The notes beneath the pieces were generated by a model. That model was given only the letters and a program-made list of their open reading frames with translations, did no database searches and had not been told where the DNA came from. The position numbers and the translations under genes were made by a program. From Camelus dromedarius (lineage: Eukaryota): a stretch of DNA of 64,000 bases. This document shows positions 63,440-64,000 of the stretch, piece after piece. Each line of letters starts with the position of its first letter. Within the stretch, counting starts at the first letter, position 1. The DNA lies in contig NC_087436.1 in NCBI RefSeq assembly GCF_036321535.1, forward strand, positions 16,926,001 to 16,990,000, read 5' to 3'.

Positions 63440-64000
63440 TAAAGTCATAAGAGCAGAGGTGACGTCTGTCTTGTGCACTAGGCATCCAGCACCTAGCATG
63501 TATCTGGCACAAAGGAGGTGTGTACTAAATACTGGTCGAGTAAGTGAATGAATGCATGCATGGATGAATGAGTGAAAGTAAAAAGCAGTAAACAATTATT
63601 AAGAGGGCTACTGAAGTCAAGACCATAGTATTCGGAACTAGTATTTATTTATTTCATCAAATATTGAGTACTCACTAGGTGTCAGGCACTATGTTAGCTC
63701 CTGGGGACACAAAGGGAAGAGGAAAGACACCATCACTACCCTATTGTAATGCATAATCCAGTGCAAGATACAGAGGATTGTAGCACATAATAACAGGGGA
63801 TGACAGTGTGCCATGGGAGCACAGAGATGTGTCACCAGACCCAAGCTGGAGGTCTCACGAGATATATTTGTGGAAAAAGTGATATATAAGCTGCTATCTG
63901 AAGAAAGAATGGGATTTAACTCAGTGAAACTGATGCAGGAAAAATGTATGTGGGGCGTGAGGAGGGCCATGTCTCAGGCTTCAGTTGAGCCCCAGGGACG
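63440..64000. mobile_element. Two L2 3' ends tail-to-tail (+ at about 63440-63575; - from about 63645 to the window end)
   Basis: cagcacctagcatgtatctggcaca..(tgaa)n, then ttcatcaaatattgagtactcactaggtgtcaggcactatgt. Confidence 0.65.

Noticed and set aside
786..63970. Most of the short ORFs (60-138 aa) in the ORF track
   Set aside because: They are low-complexity or F/L/I-rich chance ORFs, or translations of L1, MLT, LTR and microsatellite sequence. Only 22195..22572 and 39518..39838 contain real exons in the coding frame, and their listed starts and stops are intronic.
1..64000. A novel multi-gene system (CRISPR, defence island, operon, intact provirus)
   Set aside because: The sequence is mammalian intronic DNA. 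I saw no regularly spaced repeat-spacer array, no long ORFs and no gag/pol/env between the LTRs. The two ERV1 LTRs differ in sequence, face opposite ways and each has its own TSD.
39720..64000. Further IQCM exons downstream of exon D
   Set aside because: I found no phase-1 exon resembling the recalled C-terminal continuation by eye. It probably lies beyond the window (intron over 24 kb); TBLASTN would settle this.

Overview
AT-rich, repeat-dense mammalian genomic DNA, with no sign of prokaryotic or viral operons or CRISPR. Two tRNA-derived SINEs of the camelid Vic-1 type, and no Alu, B1, Bov-tA or PRE-1 seen, suggest a camelid (alpaca, vicuna or camel). The window lies inside one large + strand gene. 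Four internal coding exons (2880-2938, 22308-22503, 30269-30413, 39585-39719) splice into one stop-free frame: KTFMKKEQQSVKPESKPQPS-VKPIPSKSDKFGNKVKRIGPHIEIFQVFRRRKKLITKNIVKMITVIQALIRGWLERRRFQRIMTK-ALYHGPDLRAVINKYCRLIYRVKYRLGLWRTRQIINLAELEEWMDRKKF-YETMFAKREDWRGLGRSELLKFFNDCGHFPTQQQTDEVWDLVHR. I recognise this from memory as IQCM (IQ motif containing M). I found neither the start nor the stop codon in the window. The introns hold a decayed near-full-length L1MC-type LINE, other L1, L2 and MIR fragments, MaLR LTRs, two ERV1-type solo LTRs with 4-bp TSDs, DNA-transposon relics and microsatellites. I found no clearly new multi-gene system. The best leads are: (1) the last exon aligns without gaps to part of the calmodulin N-lobe, downstream of the protein's own IQ motif, and ends in a non-canonical GC donor; (2) a sense-oriented solo LTR carries CTCF, STAT/GAS, TATA and polyA motifs. 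Repeat family names come from recalled consensus sequences, and their boundaries are approximate unless a TSD is given.
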